A stretch of 41,249 nucleotides of DNA, taken from the NCBI GenBank assembly GCA_046754105.1, contig JBHHVD010000019.1, positions 1-41,249 of the forward strand, given 5' to 3'. The number at the start of each line of letters is the position of its first letter. Position 1 is the first letter of the stretch. This DNA is from Candidatus Krumholzibacteriia bacterium. Its GTDB lineage: Bacteria; Krumholzibacteriota; Krumholzibacteriia; WVZY01. The notes beneath the pieces were generated by a model. That model saw nothing but the letters and a program-made list of their open reading frames with translations, ran no database searches and was not told the DNA's origin. The position numbers were made by a program, and so were the translations under genes. This document shows positions 7,770-16,091 of the stretch, piece after piece.

Positions 7770-10214
7770 ATGGCCGCCGCATCGAGCATGACAGGGAAGG
7801 ACGTCACCGTGCGCGAGTTGACCGTGCCCGCCGACGAGGGTCAACTCGGCCGCGTGCGCGATTTCGTCTCCGAAGTGTGCGGCGAGGCGGGCTTTACCGT
7901 AGGCGAAGCGAACAACACGAAGCTCGCGGTGGACGAGGCCTGTACCAATATCATCAAGCACGCGTACGACGACTCCAGCGGCCGGATCCGGATCCGCGTC
8001 AATATCACACCGGGGCGCGTCGACCTCTCGCTCCTCGACCAGGGTAAACGGTTCGACTTCGCCGGCGTCGAAGCGCCGGACCTGGAGCACTACGTCGAAA
8101 CCGGCAAGAAGGGTGGGCTGGGTGTATTCCTCATCAACCGCCTCATGGACCAGGTGGATTACCGCACCGGAGTCGACAGCAACGAGTTGTTCCTCTCGAA
8201 AACGAGCCACGGGGCGGCGGTGGGCGCGGTGGCCAAGCGGATCAGCTGGCGCGGGTCCTTGCGATACCGTTTCACGCTCAGGGCAAGCCTCGGGTTCTTC
8301 GTCATTATCGCTGCCATCTGGGGATACGTCTTCGCGCACCAGACGCAGGGGATCGAGGCGCAACGAACCACGCGCTGGATGGAAAAGCGGCGCCTGGCCG
8401 AGGACGTCGGGAACAAGAGCAAAGAGCTTCTTCTCCACCCGCAGATGTACTCGATCGAACAAACCACGCTGACCGCGTTTATCACACGCGTGATGGAGGG
8501 CAACGGGGACCTCGCGTACCTGCGCGTCGTGAACGAGGAGGGCACGATCCTGTCGTCGGGCAGCATAGACGAAATTTTCACCGACTACGCCCAACCGGAG
8601 GGTCGTGTGCTGCTCGAGGAGGACAACCGTATCCGATGGATGCAGGTCACCTATAACGGTCGCCCGGTCCGGGATATCCGTTTCCCGGTCCGCGTGCGAA
8701 ACCAGGCCAACGGACGCCTGTTGACGGTAGGCGACGTCTACCTGGGCGTGGACGAGCACGCGCTGTACAAGGACATCGCCGACCCCCGTCCGGCCACAAC
8801 CAGCATTTTCGTGGTGTGTCTCCTGGTGGGCATTCTCCTCGTCATGGCCCTCGTGTCGGTGTTCGTGAAACCGATACAGGTGCTGACCGAGGGCGTACGC
8901 GCGATTGGGAGCGGTTCGCTCGACGGCCGTATCGACATAGAAGGCCCGGCGGAGATCGGAGCCATCGCGTCGGTCTTCAACGAAATTACCGGCAAGTTCC
9001 GGGAGGCGCAGGCGAACGTGCTGGAGCAGGAAAAGCTGCAGAAGGAAATCGAGGTGGCGAAGCAGATCCAGCACGCGCTGCTGCCCAAAGACCATCCCGA
9101 TATCAGCGGTTACGACATCGCACCCTTCTACCAGGCTGCCAAAGAGGTCGGTGGCGATTACTATGACTTCGTCCACGTCGACGAGGACACGCTCGGCGTC
9201 GTCGTCGCGGACGTGTCCGGCAAAGGCGTGCCGGGATCGCTCGTGATGACCATGATCCGTACGGCGTTGCGCATGGAGGCGCGTGGCAACAAGAACGCCT
9301 CGGACGTCATGACCAGGATGAACGCCTTTGTTACCGATGATATGAAAAAGGGCATGTTCGTCACCATGTTCTACGTCATCCTCGATTCGAAAAACCGGGC
9401 AATCAGTTACGCCAGTGCGGGGCACAACCCAATGATCCTCTACCGCGGAGAGGGCCAGGAAATCTATTTCCTCAATCCCAAGGGCTTCCCGGTCGGTATC
9501 AGTCTCCCCGACGAATCCCTTTTTAACCGTTCGATCAGCCTGGAAAAGATCAAGCTCAAGAAGGACGACATGCTCGTCATCTACACCGACGGTGTCACCG
9601 AGGCCATGAACGAAAGGCGCGAACAATACGGAGAGGAGCGCCTGATCCATCTCATCAAGGAAAACGGGAATCTCCCTCCTGCCGAGTTCATCGAAAGGCT
9701 CGAAAGGGACGTGAAGGGTTTCACCGGCGGGTATGCCCAGAACGATGATATTACCGTCGTCGCGATCAAGGAGAAACTGGCTGCCGACGAAGTGCTGGCG
9801 GACGTGCGCAGGAAACTCATCGAACTTGTCGAGACGGAGGGAATGAGCGTTAAGGACGCGTGCTTGCGGATGAGGGTGTCACCGACCACGTATTACCGGT
9901 ACAAGAGACGGCTCGCCCAGATGGGCGAACGGGGCCTCAAGAACAAGGTGTTACGGAAAGACGTTGACTTGAGGATGATGACCGTGGAGGAACGCAAGGC
10001 GATGTTGAAGATAATCGCGCGCAACCCGGACCTCGGCGCCGGGCGAATCAGCGAAGAGTACAATCGCACGTCCGGCGGTACGAGAAAGTTGAACACGAGG
10101 CTGATTTACAACGAATTGAGAAGGCTCAACTTGAATACGAAGGAGATGCGCCGCGGTTACGTGCGGCGCAGTGGTTCCTTCGAGAAAGAGGAGGCCCTGC
10201 TCGAAGACTCCTAG
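7770..10214 (+). CDS. Membrane-bound fusion: RsbW/SpoIIAB-type HATPase kinase - TM - extracytoplasmic domain - TM - HAMP - SpoIIE/PP2C phosphatase - C-terminal double HTH
   Basis: Kinase motifs KLAVDEACTNIIKHAY, DQGKRFD and KGGLGVFLINRLMD. TMs at ~8280-8340 and ~8800-8870. HAMP KPIQVLTEGVRAIG...EIGAIASVFNEI. PP2C motifs VGGDYYD, ADVSGKG, YTDGVTE, QNDDIT. HTH GMSVKDACLRMRVSPTTYYRYKRR. Start could be ATG 7788. Confidence 0.9.
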   Translation: MAAASSMTGKDVTVRELTVPADEGQLGRVRDFVSEVCGEAGFTVGEANNTKLAVDEACTNIIKHAYDDSSGRIRIRVNITPGRVDLSLLDQGKRFDFAGVEAPDLEHYVETGKKGGLGVFLINRLMDQVDYRTGVDSNELFLSKTSHGAAVGAVAKRISWRGSLRYRFTLRASLGFFVIIAAIWGYVFAHQTQGIEAQRTTRWMEKRRLAEDVGNKSKELLLHPQMYSIEQTTLTAFITRVMEGNGDLAYLRVVNEEGTILSSGSIDEIFTDYAQPEGRVLLEEDNRIRWMQVTYNGRPVRDIRFPVRVRNQANGRLLTVGDVYLGVDEHALYKDIADPRPATTSIFVVCLLVGILLVMALVSVFVKPIQVLTEGVRAIGSGSLDGRIDIEGPAEIGAIASVFNEITGKFREAQANVLEQEKLQKEIEVAKQIQHALLPKDHPDISGYDIAPFYQAAKEVGGDYYDFVHVDEDTLGVVVADVSGKGVPGSLVMTMIRTALRMEARGNKNASDVMTRMNAFVTDDMKKGMFVTMFYVILDSKNRAISYASAGHNPMILYRGEGQEIYFLNPKGFPVGISLPDESLFNRSISLEKIKLKKDDMLVIYTDGVTEAMNERREQYGEERLIHLIKENGNLPPAEFIERLERDVKGFTGGYAQNDDITVVAIKEKLAADEVLADVRRKLIELVETEGMSVKDACLRMRVSPTTYYRYKRRLAQMGERGLKNKVLRKDVDLRMMTVEERKAMLKIIARNPDLGAGRISEEYNRTSGGTRKLNTRLIYNELRRLNLNTKEMRRGYVRRSGSFEKEEALLEDS

Positions 10215-10413
10215 CAGCCGGCCTGCAGCGAGGCGCATGGTACGGTTGCAAAATGCAAAGCACCCCGGTGGACGCCGGGGGCGCCCCAGTCCCGGCCCCT
10301 GCGCGGGGTACCGGGGGGGGCAGGAAAGGGTATGGGCCCCGTCAGGCGTTCCTGCCGGGGCGGTGGGGGGTTGGACTGACTCTTGCTTCAAGTCCATGCG
10401 GGAGAAGGCAACC

Positions 10414-10791
10414 ATGCAGAAATTGATAATCTCGGAAGAAAAGATCTCGGGAGAGAACCCGGTTACGGTGCTGACCCTCAAGGGTACGCTCGAGACCACG
10501 AACGCGACGAGCCTCGAAGAGGTTATCGGCCGTATTCTTGCCAGCGACCGGTACCGGATCGTCGTGGATCTTTCCGACGTCAGCTATATCAGCTCCGCCG
10601 GATGGGGCATCTTTATCTGCGAGATCAAACGCGTGCGGCGCAAGTGTGGCGACATCAAGCTCGCCGCTATGAGGGCCGGAGTACGGGAAGTTTTCGACCT
10701 GCTCGAATTCAACAATATACTCCGCGTCTATCCGGGCACGGGCGAGGCGATACGGGATTTCGAGGTTCCAATCGGCGCCAAATCCGACTGA
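10414..10791 (+). CDS. STAS-domain anti-sigma-factor antagonist (RsbV/SpoIIAA family) 1
   Basis: ATG 10414 follows GGAGAAGG. Sequence LKGTLET...IVVDLSDVSYISSAGWGIFICEIK...REVFDLLEF; the phospho-acceptor Ser motif is intact. Confidence 0.9.
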   Translation: MQKLIISEEKISGENPVTVLTLKGTLETTNATSLEEVIGRILASDRYRIVVDLSDVSYISSAGWGIFICEIKRVRRKCGDIKLAAMRAGVREVFDLLEFNNILRVYPGTGEAIRDFEVPIGAKSD

Positions 10792-10849
10792 CCTCTCACC
10801 CGACACGGCACGTGCATCCATCGACAGCGAAAAGGTGAGGTATCCGTCT

Positions 10850-11230
10850 ATGGCCGTCCACGGCATCGTTGTAAGCGTCATCCTGGGGAAAGCGGTTGAG
10901 GACGTGTCCACCCTGAAGGTCAGCGGCTACCTGGACATCACGACCGCCGGGGAACTGGAAACCGCCCTCGCGGGCTTGTTGAAGAACGGCCATTACAACG
11001 TGGTCGTGGACCTCTCCGGTGTGACGTACATCAGCTCGGCGGGGTGGGGTATCTTCATCGGCGAAATCAAGGGTATCCGCAACCACGGCGGCGACCTCAA
11101 ACTGGCCGGGATGGTCGGCGACGTGTACGAAGTGTTCCAGCTACTCGAATTCCAATCGATCCTCGAAGCGTACCCGACGGCGGAGGAAGCCGTTGGCGCC
11201 TTCTCGCGCTCGAGCACCGCGTCTACCTGA
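10850..11230 (+). CDS. STAS-domain anti-sigma-factor antagonist (RsbV/SpoIIAA family) 2
   Basis: ATG 10850 follows AGGTGAGG (alternative start GTG 10835). Sequence VSGYLDITT...VVVDLSGVTYISSAGWGIFIGEIK...YEVFQLLEF. Confidence 0.9.
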   Translation: MAVHGIVVSVILGKAVEDVSTLKVSGYLDITTAGELETALAGLLKNGHYNVVVDLSGVTYISSAGWGIFIGEIKGIRNHGGDLKLAGMVGDVYEVFQLLEFQSILEAYPTAEEAVGAFSRSSTAST

Positions 11231-11252
11231 CATCCCGTTCCCGGAAACATCG

Positions 11253-11281
11253 TTTACGATCTCGCATCTTCCGCGTATATT
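11253..11281 (+). promoter_or_regulatory. Putative sigma70 promoter for the vWA gene
   Basis: TTTACG (11253-11258) - 17 nt - TATATT (11276-11281), intergenic. Confidence 0.45.
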
Positions 11282-11388
11282 GGTCTTCAGGACGGCACGG
11301 CCGCGGCCGCCGCGTGTATACGTAGGTGTCGCCCGGATCGCGCCGCCGGTGGGGCCGGATTTTCACCTTTTCGAAGAGTGTTTTCACA

Positions 11389-13554
11389 ATGGGTCTGGAT
11401 TTCAACGCCGGTGTCCTCGGTCTCGCGCTCGCGCTGCTGGCCGTGGCCTGGTTCTCGTATCGGGGGACCACGCCGGCGATTTCGGTGCGGCTGCGGTGGT
11501 TCCTCTTCTCTTTGCGAGCGCTGGCCTTTGTCCTGCTGGCGTTTCTGCTCATGGACCCGCGCTACGTTTTCGAGGCGAGCAAAACCGAACCACCCCACGT
11601 GATGGCGTTGATCGACCGCTCGGCAAGCATGACGCTGCCCGCGTCGGGGTGGGACGACGGGGTCGATCGGTTTACGCGTGCCCGCGGCGTGGCCGGCCGG
11701 CTCGAGCGCATGATCCGGGACGGCGGAGGCCGGTACAGCGAGGTGTTTTTTTCGGCGGGGCTCAGCGCGGGGGAAACGGATTCGATCGTCGCGGACGGGC
11801 AGGGCACCGATATCAAGAGCGCGGTGTCCAGCCTCTACAAGAAGCACGAGGGCGTCAACGTAGTGGCGTTTGTCGTGTTCTCCGACGGCGTCGAGACCGA
11901 AAAACGACTCGTGCGGCGGGCGCTGCCCGACCTGCCGTTGTTCACCGTGGGTGTGGGGGACACCAGCGCGCCGGAGGACGTGCGCATAAAGGAAGTGGAT
12001 TATAATAGCATCGTCCGCTCCCCGTCGCGCTCTTCGATCAGGACGACGCTGCACTACTCGGGCGAGAACGCCAAACGGGTTCACCTGCGGCTGTTCGAAT
12101 CCGGCCGCGTGGTATTTCAAACGGACACGCTCCTCAGCGGCGAGGCGCCGGAGCCGACACTGGACGTACCCGTGGATTTTCCCGAGGCGGGGCGACGCAA
12201 GTTCGTTCTGGAGGCCGAGGTGGAAGGGTACGACGCGGAGGCCGAGAACAACCGGCGGGACATCGTTATCGAAGCGGAGAAAGCCGGCGTGCGCATTCTC
12301 ATCGTCGACCTCCTGCCGCAGTGGGAGCTGCATTTCCTGACGGAATTCCTGAAGAACGACCAGACGTTCGACTTCGATCTCGTAGCGGCGGTGGGCGACA
12401 ACGCGTCGCTGCACGGTGGCAAGGTGAAGAGGCCGGGAGAGTTCACCGGACGGCTCGACGATTACGACGCGCTGGTGCTGGTGTCCTTGGACGAGAAATT
12501 CCTGGACGACAGAGCGGCCGAAGCCATATCGCGTTTTGTTCGTATACAGGGCAAGGGGCTGTTAGTGCTGCCCGGTTCCTCGTCGCTGTTCGAGCACTCC
12601 GCGGCGTGGAACCGTTTGCGCGAACTGCTGCCGGTGAGCAGCCGGCCGCCGCACAGGTTCAAGCTGCAGTTTACCAGCGTCCGCCCGGGCGCGCAGGCGG
12701 GCACCAACCCCATCACGTCGCGGCTCCTGCCCCTGCTCGGCCAGACGGGCTGGCAGCAACGCAGCCCACTTCTGGGGTACTACACGCCCGTGACCGTCAG
12801 GACGGGCGTGGAAGTCCTCCTGGAGACGGACGACGGTCAATCACCGGCGTTTGTCTACCAGGTCGCGGGAAAAGGGAGGGTGGCGATGTTGTGTGCGGGA
12901 CCGCTGTGGCGGTGGAAGTTTCTCGGCGAGGGCAACGCGCTCTACGACGAAATGATGTCGCGACTTCTCGACGTGCTCTCTCGTGGTGAGGACACGGAGC
13001 GGTTCCACCTGGTTTCGAGGAAGAACGTGTACGATTCCGGAGAGGCGCCCGTATTCATCGCGGAGATCTTCAATGAGAAAATGCAGCCGGTGACCGGTGT
13101 GCCGGTGAAGGTTGAAGTGACGCGCATCGAGGGAGACGGGACCGACGTGCCGCTGAGCATTGTTTCCATGCGCCGCGACGCGGCGGACAACACCCGTTTC
13201 AAGGCCGCGCTGCCGCCGTTGGCGCCGGGCAACTATCGCATTACCGGGGAGGTCGAGCTCAAAGGGCGCGCGCTCAGGTCGCCCTCCCTTGAGTTCTCCG
13301 TCTCGGAAGTGTCGGTGGAGTTCCAGAACGTCGCGCAGGACCGGGCCAACCTGGAGGGCATAGCCGCCGCGTCGGGTGGAATGTACTCTGGACCGGAGGG
13401 CGCCGGCGAAATCGCGGCACGAATTCCCCTGCGATCGCGGGTCGTGCAGGTCACGTCCGAAACCTCACTTAGAACCAGCGTGCTCGTGTTCTCACTCGTG
13501 CTCCTCGTCCTCGGCGCCGAGTGGGTCGTGCGCAAGCGGGCCGCTATGGTGTAA
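11389..13554 (+). CDS. Membrane-anchored vWA-domain protein with Ig-like and glutamine-amidotransferase-like domains
   Basis: Two N-terminal TMs; MIDAS-like ALIDRSASM...GTDI...VFSDG; DAEAENNRR Ig-like segment; YDALVL...GKGLLVLPG...GKGRVAML...LWRWK; C-terminal TM ending AEWVVRKR. Start placed at ATG 11389. Confidence 0.75.
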   Translation: MGLDFNAGVLGLALALLAVAWFSYRGTTPAISVRLRWFLFSLRALAFVLLAFLLMDPRYVFEASKTEPPHVMALIDRSASMTLPASGWDDGVDRFTRARGVAGRLERMIRDGGGRYSEVFFSAGLSAGETDSIVADGQGTDIKSAVSSLYKKHEGVNVVAFVVFSDGVETEKRLVRRALPDLPLFTVGVGDTSAPEDVRIKEVDYNSIVRSPSRSSIRTTLHYSGENAKRVHLRLFESGRVVFQTDTLLSGEAPEPTLDVPVDFPEAGRRKFVLEAEVEGYDAEAENNRRDIVIEAEKAGVRILIVDLLPQWELHFLTEFLKNDQTFDFDLVAAVGDNASLHGGKVKRPGEFTGRLDDYDALVLVSLDEKFLDDRAAEAISRFVRIQGKGLLVLPGSSSLFEHSAAWNRLRELLPVSSRPPHRFKLQFTSVRPGAQAGTNPITSRLLPLLGQTGWQQRSPLLGYYTPVTVRTGVEVLLETDDGQSPAFVYQVAGKGRVAMLCAGPLWRWKFLGEGNALYDEMMSRLLDVLSRGEDTERFHLVSRKNVYDSGEAPVFIAEIFNEKMQPVTGVPVKVEVTRIEGDGTDVPLSIVSMRRDAADNTRFKAALPPLAPGNYRITGEVELKGRALRSPSLEFSVSEVSVEFQNVAQDRANLEGIAAASGGMYSGPEGAGEIAARIPLRSRVVQVTSETSLRTSVLVFSLVLLVLGAEWVVRKRAAMV

Positions 13555-13566
13555 GAAAAAAAGATC

Positions 13567-13595
13567 TTTGCAAAACGGCACCGCCGTCGTACACT
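13567..13595 (+). promoter_or_regulatory. Putative sigma70 promoter for the lamin-tail gene
   Basis: TTTGCA (13567-13572) - 17 nt - TACACT (13590-13595), just upstream of RBS GGAGG (13606-13610). Confidence 0.45.
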
Positions 13596-13615
13596 TTCCA
13601 TCGTGGGAGGTGGTG

Positions 13616-15295
13616 ATGATGCGGCGGTTTTCTTTCCTCCTCTGTGTTCTGTACTTTCCCTCGATCGTTAACGCCCAGCTCGTTCTCAATGAGGTGTACT
13701 ACGATCATCCCGGACTCGATACCGGTCACGAATTCATTGAGTTGATCAACCTCGGCTCCGTGACGGCGAGTCTCGCCGGGTACACGCTGGAATTCCACGA
13801 CGGCAACGGCAGCGGCTGGAAGGTAATCTGGCGGGCGGCGCCGGTGGACAGCGTCGGCGGCTCGGGGTTGTTCGTCGTTGGCGGCGACCTGGTGACGCCG
13901 CCGGTGGATACGGCGATCGCCCTGGTGCTGCAGAACGGCCCGGACGCCGTGCGCCTGGCGAGGAACGGTACGGGCGTCGACCGCCTCGCGTACGGCGGGC
14001 TCGTGGACCCGCTGTACGTCGAGACGGCCAGCGCGCCCGACGCGCCGGCGGGATTCGGCCTGTCGCGATGGCCGGATGGAAAAGACAGCGACGATAACGC
14101 GGCGGATTTTCGGGTGCTCGAACCCTCCCCCGGGCGGTTCAACCAGCCGCGCCACGATCTCGCCCTTCTCGTGGGCCGGGACACGGGCCTGCGCAAGTTG
14201 CTTCCCGCCGGAGGCGCCGATGTAATCGTCCTGCAGCTCCACAACCGTGGGGTTGAACTCGTGGCCGCCGCGGTCACGATCCAACTCGTCGACTCCGCGC
14301 AGTCCGCACTGCCGTTCGATGGGTGGGAGGCGCCCGGCCCGCTGGCTCCGGGTGACAGCGTGGAAGTCGCGTTCGCCGCCGCGTTCGGCCCTGGCTACCA
14401 CACGGTAACGGCGACCGCGGTCTATGCAGCGGACGAGCGCCCGGCGGACAACCGCCTGCAGCTGCTGCGCCGTGTCGGTTCGCCGCCGGTGCTCATAAGC
14501 GAAGTGATGAGCCATCCGGCGGCCGGTTGCCCCGAATATGTCGAGCTCTACAACGTCGGTACGCTGCCCTACGATATCGGTGGCCATTCGCTAAGGGACC
14601 GGGTGAGCGCCCCGGCCGCAATCGACACGGTATCGACCGTTATTGCGCCCGGGCGCCTGGTGGTGATAACAGCGGACGCCGCTGCCCTGCGGTCCTGGTT
14701 TCCGGGTCTCACCGACGAGGATGTCACCGAGGTAACGGGTGGCTGGCCGTCGTTGAACCACACGAGCCGGGGCAGCGAGGCGGACTCGGTGATATTCTTC
14801 GATCGCTTCCACCTCGCCATCGACCGCGTGGCATACCCCGCTCAGCCCGCCGACAGCCGCGGCCGCAGCCTGGAGCGTGTCGACCTCTACCCGGGCCAGG
14901 GTGTGCACGTGTGGGCGCTCGCGGCGCCGGCGCGGGGTGGGTCGCCTGCGCGCCCCAACCCGTCGGGGATCGAGCAGAGACCACGGGGCGCGACGATCGC
15001 GTTGTCATCGAACCCGTACGACCCGGCGGAGCCCGTGCCGCTCCTGATAACCGTTCCGGCGCGCGCGGGTCCGGCCGGCGCAATCGTTCATCTCTTCGAC
15101 ACGAGAGGCAGGCGGGTACGGGACATCGGTGCGACCACGCAACTGCCGTTTGTTTTCACTTGGGATGGCACCGACGACCGCGGGCGGGCCGTAACGCCGG
15201 GGTTGTACGTCATCGCCTGCGAGTACGTAACTGGTTCAGGGGGGAGGGGTCGTGTGGAAAAGGTGGTGTTGGGTTGTGCGCGGAGGATCCGTTAG
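13616..15295 (+). CDS. Secreted lamin-tail-domain protein (two LTDs, CARDB-like domain, C-terminal FlgD-Ig-like domain)
   Basis: RBS GGAGG and ATG 13616; signal peptide ...IVNAQ. LTD motifs LVLNEVYYD...EFIELIN and VLISEVMSH...EYVELYN. C-terminus NPYDP...LFDTRGRRVR...WDGTDDRGRAVTPGLYVI. Confidence 0.8.
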   Translation: MMRRFSFLLCVLYFPSIVNAQLVLNEVYYDHPGLDTGHEFIELINLGSVTASLAGYTLEFHDGNGSGWKVIWRAAPVDSVGGSGLFVVGGDLVTPPVDTAIALVLQNGPDAVRLARNGTGVDRLAYGGLVDPLYVETASAPDAPAGFGLSRWPDGKDSDDNAADFRVLEPSPGRFNQPRHDLALLVGRDTGLRKLLPAGGADVIVLQLHNRGVELVAAAVTIQLVDSAQSALPFDGWEAPGPLAPGDSVEVAFAAAFGPGYHTVTATAVYAADERPADNRLQLLRRVGSPPVLISEVMSHPAAGCPEYVELYNVGTLPYDIGGHSLRDRVSAPAAIDTVSTVIAPGRLVVITADAAALRSWFPGLTDEDVTEVTGGWPSLNHTSRGSEADSVIFFDRFHLAIDRVAYPAQPADSRGRSLERVDLYPGQGVHVWALAAPARGGSPARPNPSGIEQRPRGATIALSSNPYDPAEPVPLLITVPARAGPAGAIVHLFDTRGRRVRDIGATTQLPFVFTWDGTDDRGRAVTPGLYVIACEYVTGSGGRGRVEKVVLGCARRIR

Positions 15296-16091
15296 GTGGC
15301 GTCTCATCCTGTGGGCCGTCCTCTGTAGCTCGTGGGTAGCCGACCCGGCGACTGCAATCGGCGACGTCCGTTACCGGAGTCCGCGGGAACGCGTTCTCGG
15401 AATGGGGCCCGCGGCGGCGGCGTTCGTGTACGGTGGGGCGGGCGCGGCGCCGGATGAGCCCGCGTGGACGGCCGAAGCCGGGGAGCGCTACCTCTTCGGT
15501 ATCGCCGGTTTGAAGACGGCTTTCCTGCGATGGGGACTCGATCGCGGGGCGGCCGGTCTGACCTTGTCGGCCGCGTTCCTCTCATCGCCCGTCGGCGGCG
15601 AAAAGTCGTTGGCGGTGGAGCCCTTCTACCGGCGGGGCGACCGGTTCGTGCTCAGCGGCGGGGCGACCATGTCGATGACGGCGTTCGACGGATTTCGCAC
15701 CGCCTACCTGCTGACGGTTGGAGTCCGTCTCGTGGCGGCGCTGTCGCGATCGGTCGCGGTGGGGTACCGGATCGAAGAATTCAGGGCCGCGGGTGAGCAG
15801 CGTCCCGGAGTCGAGACGGAGCTGTATGCGGTGGCGTGGCGTGATTCGCCGTTGAGCGCCATCGTACGCATTCACCTGGATCGCTCCGGCGAGCCGGGCC
15901 TCGTCCTTTCCTCACGCATCGGTATGTGGCGGTCCGTAGAAATCGCGATCGGGTACGACGAACGAACCGCGAGCTTGCTGTCCGCGGTCGACGTGGGTCG
16001 GCGGCCGCTCGGTTTGCGGCTGGGGGCAGTCCATCACCCCGTGCTCGGTGTCTCGAAGGCGATCTTCGTCCGCTGGGGACGGGGATGGTGA
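15276..16091 (+). CDS. Hypothetical putative outer-membrane beta-barrel protein
   Basis: Overlaps the end of the lamin-tail gene; signal-like N-terminus; alternating beta strands; C-terminus HHPVLGVSKAIFVRW. Start uncertain (GTG 15252 or 15276). Confidence 0.5.
   Translation: MRGGSVRWRLILWAVLCSSWVADPATAIGDVRYRSPRERVLGMGPAAAAFVYGGAGAAPDEPAWTAEAGERYLFGIAGLKTAFLRWGLDRGAAGLTLSAAFLSSPVGGEKSLAVEPFYRRGDRFVLSGGATMSMTAFDGFRTAYLLTVGVRLVAALSRSVAVGYRIEEFRAAGEQRPGVETELYAVAWRDSPLSAIVRIHLDRSGEPGLVLSSRIGMWRSVEIAIGYDERTASLLSAVDVGRRPLGLRLGAVHHPVLGVSKAIFVRWGRGW

Noticed and set aside
6573..9650. 1025-aa minus-strand ORF and other long antisense ORFs (673-2139, 2188-3315, 3319-4719, 17603-19066, 37614-38885)
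   Set aside because: They lie opposite well-supported genes and show no recognisable motifs. Long shadow ORFs are expected from codon bias in GC-rich DNA.
9800..10214. Possible IS element suggested by the transposase-like HTH
   Set aside because: No DDE/integrase domain, terminal inverted repeats or target duplication are visible, and the segment is in frame with the phosphatase. Treated as a fused domain.
10238..10250. Sigma54-like TGGTACGGTTGCA
   Set aside because: GG and GC are only 9 nt apart; RpoN requires 12.
10313..10320. G8 homopolymer as a phase-variation tract (similar G runs near 21192 and 34250)
   Set aside because: Runs are short, unsurprising at this GC content, and no frameshift is associated with them.
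10171..10413. N-terminal extension of the first STAS ORF given in the ORF track
   Set aside because: Low-complexity translation overlapping the upstream gene. A good RBS precedes ATG 10414, which gives a normal-sized STAS protein.
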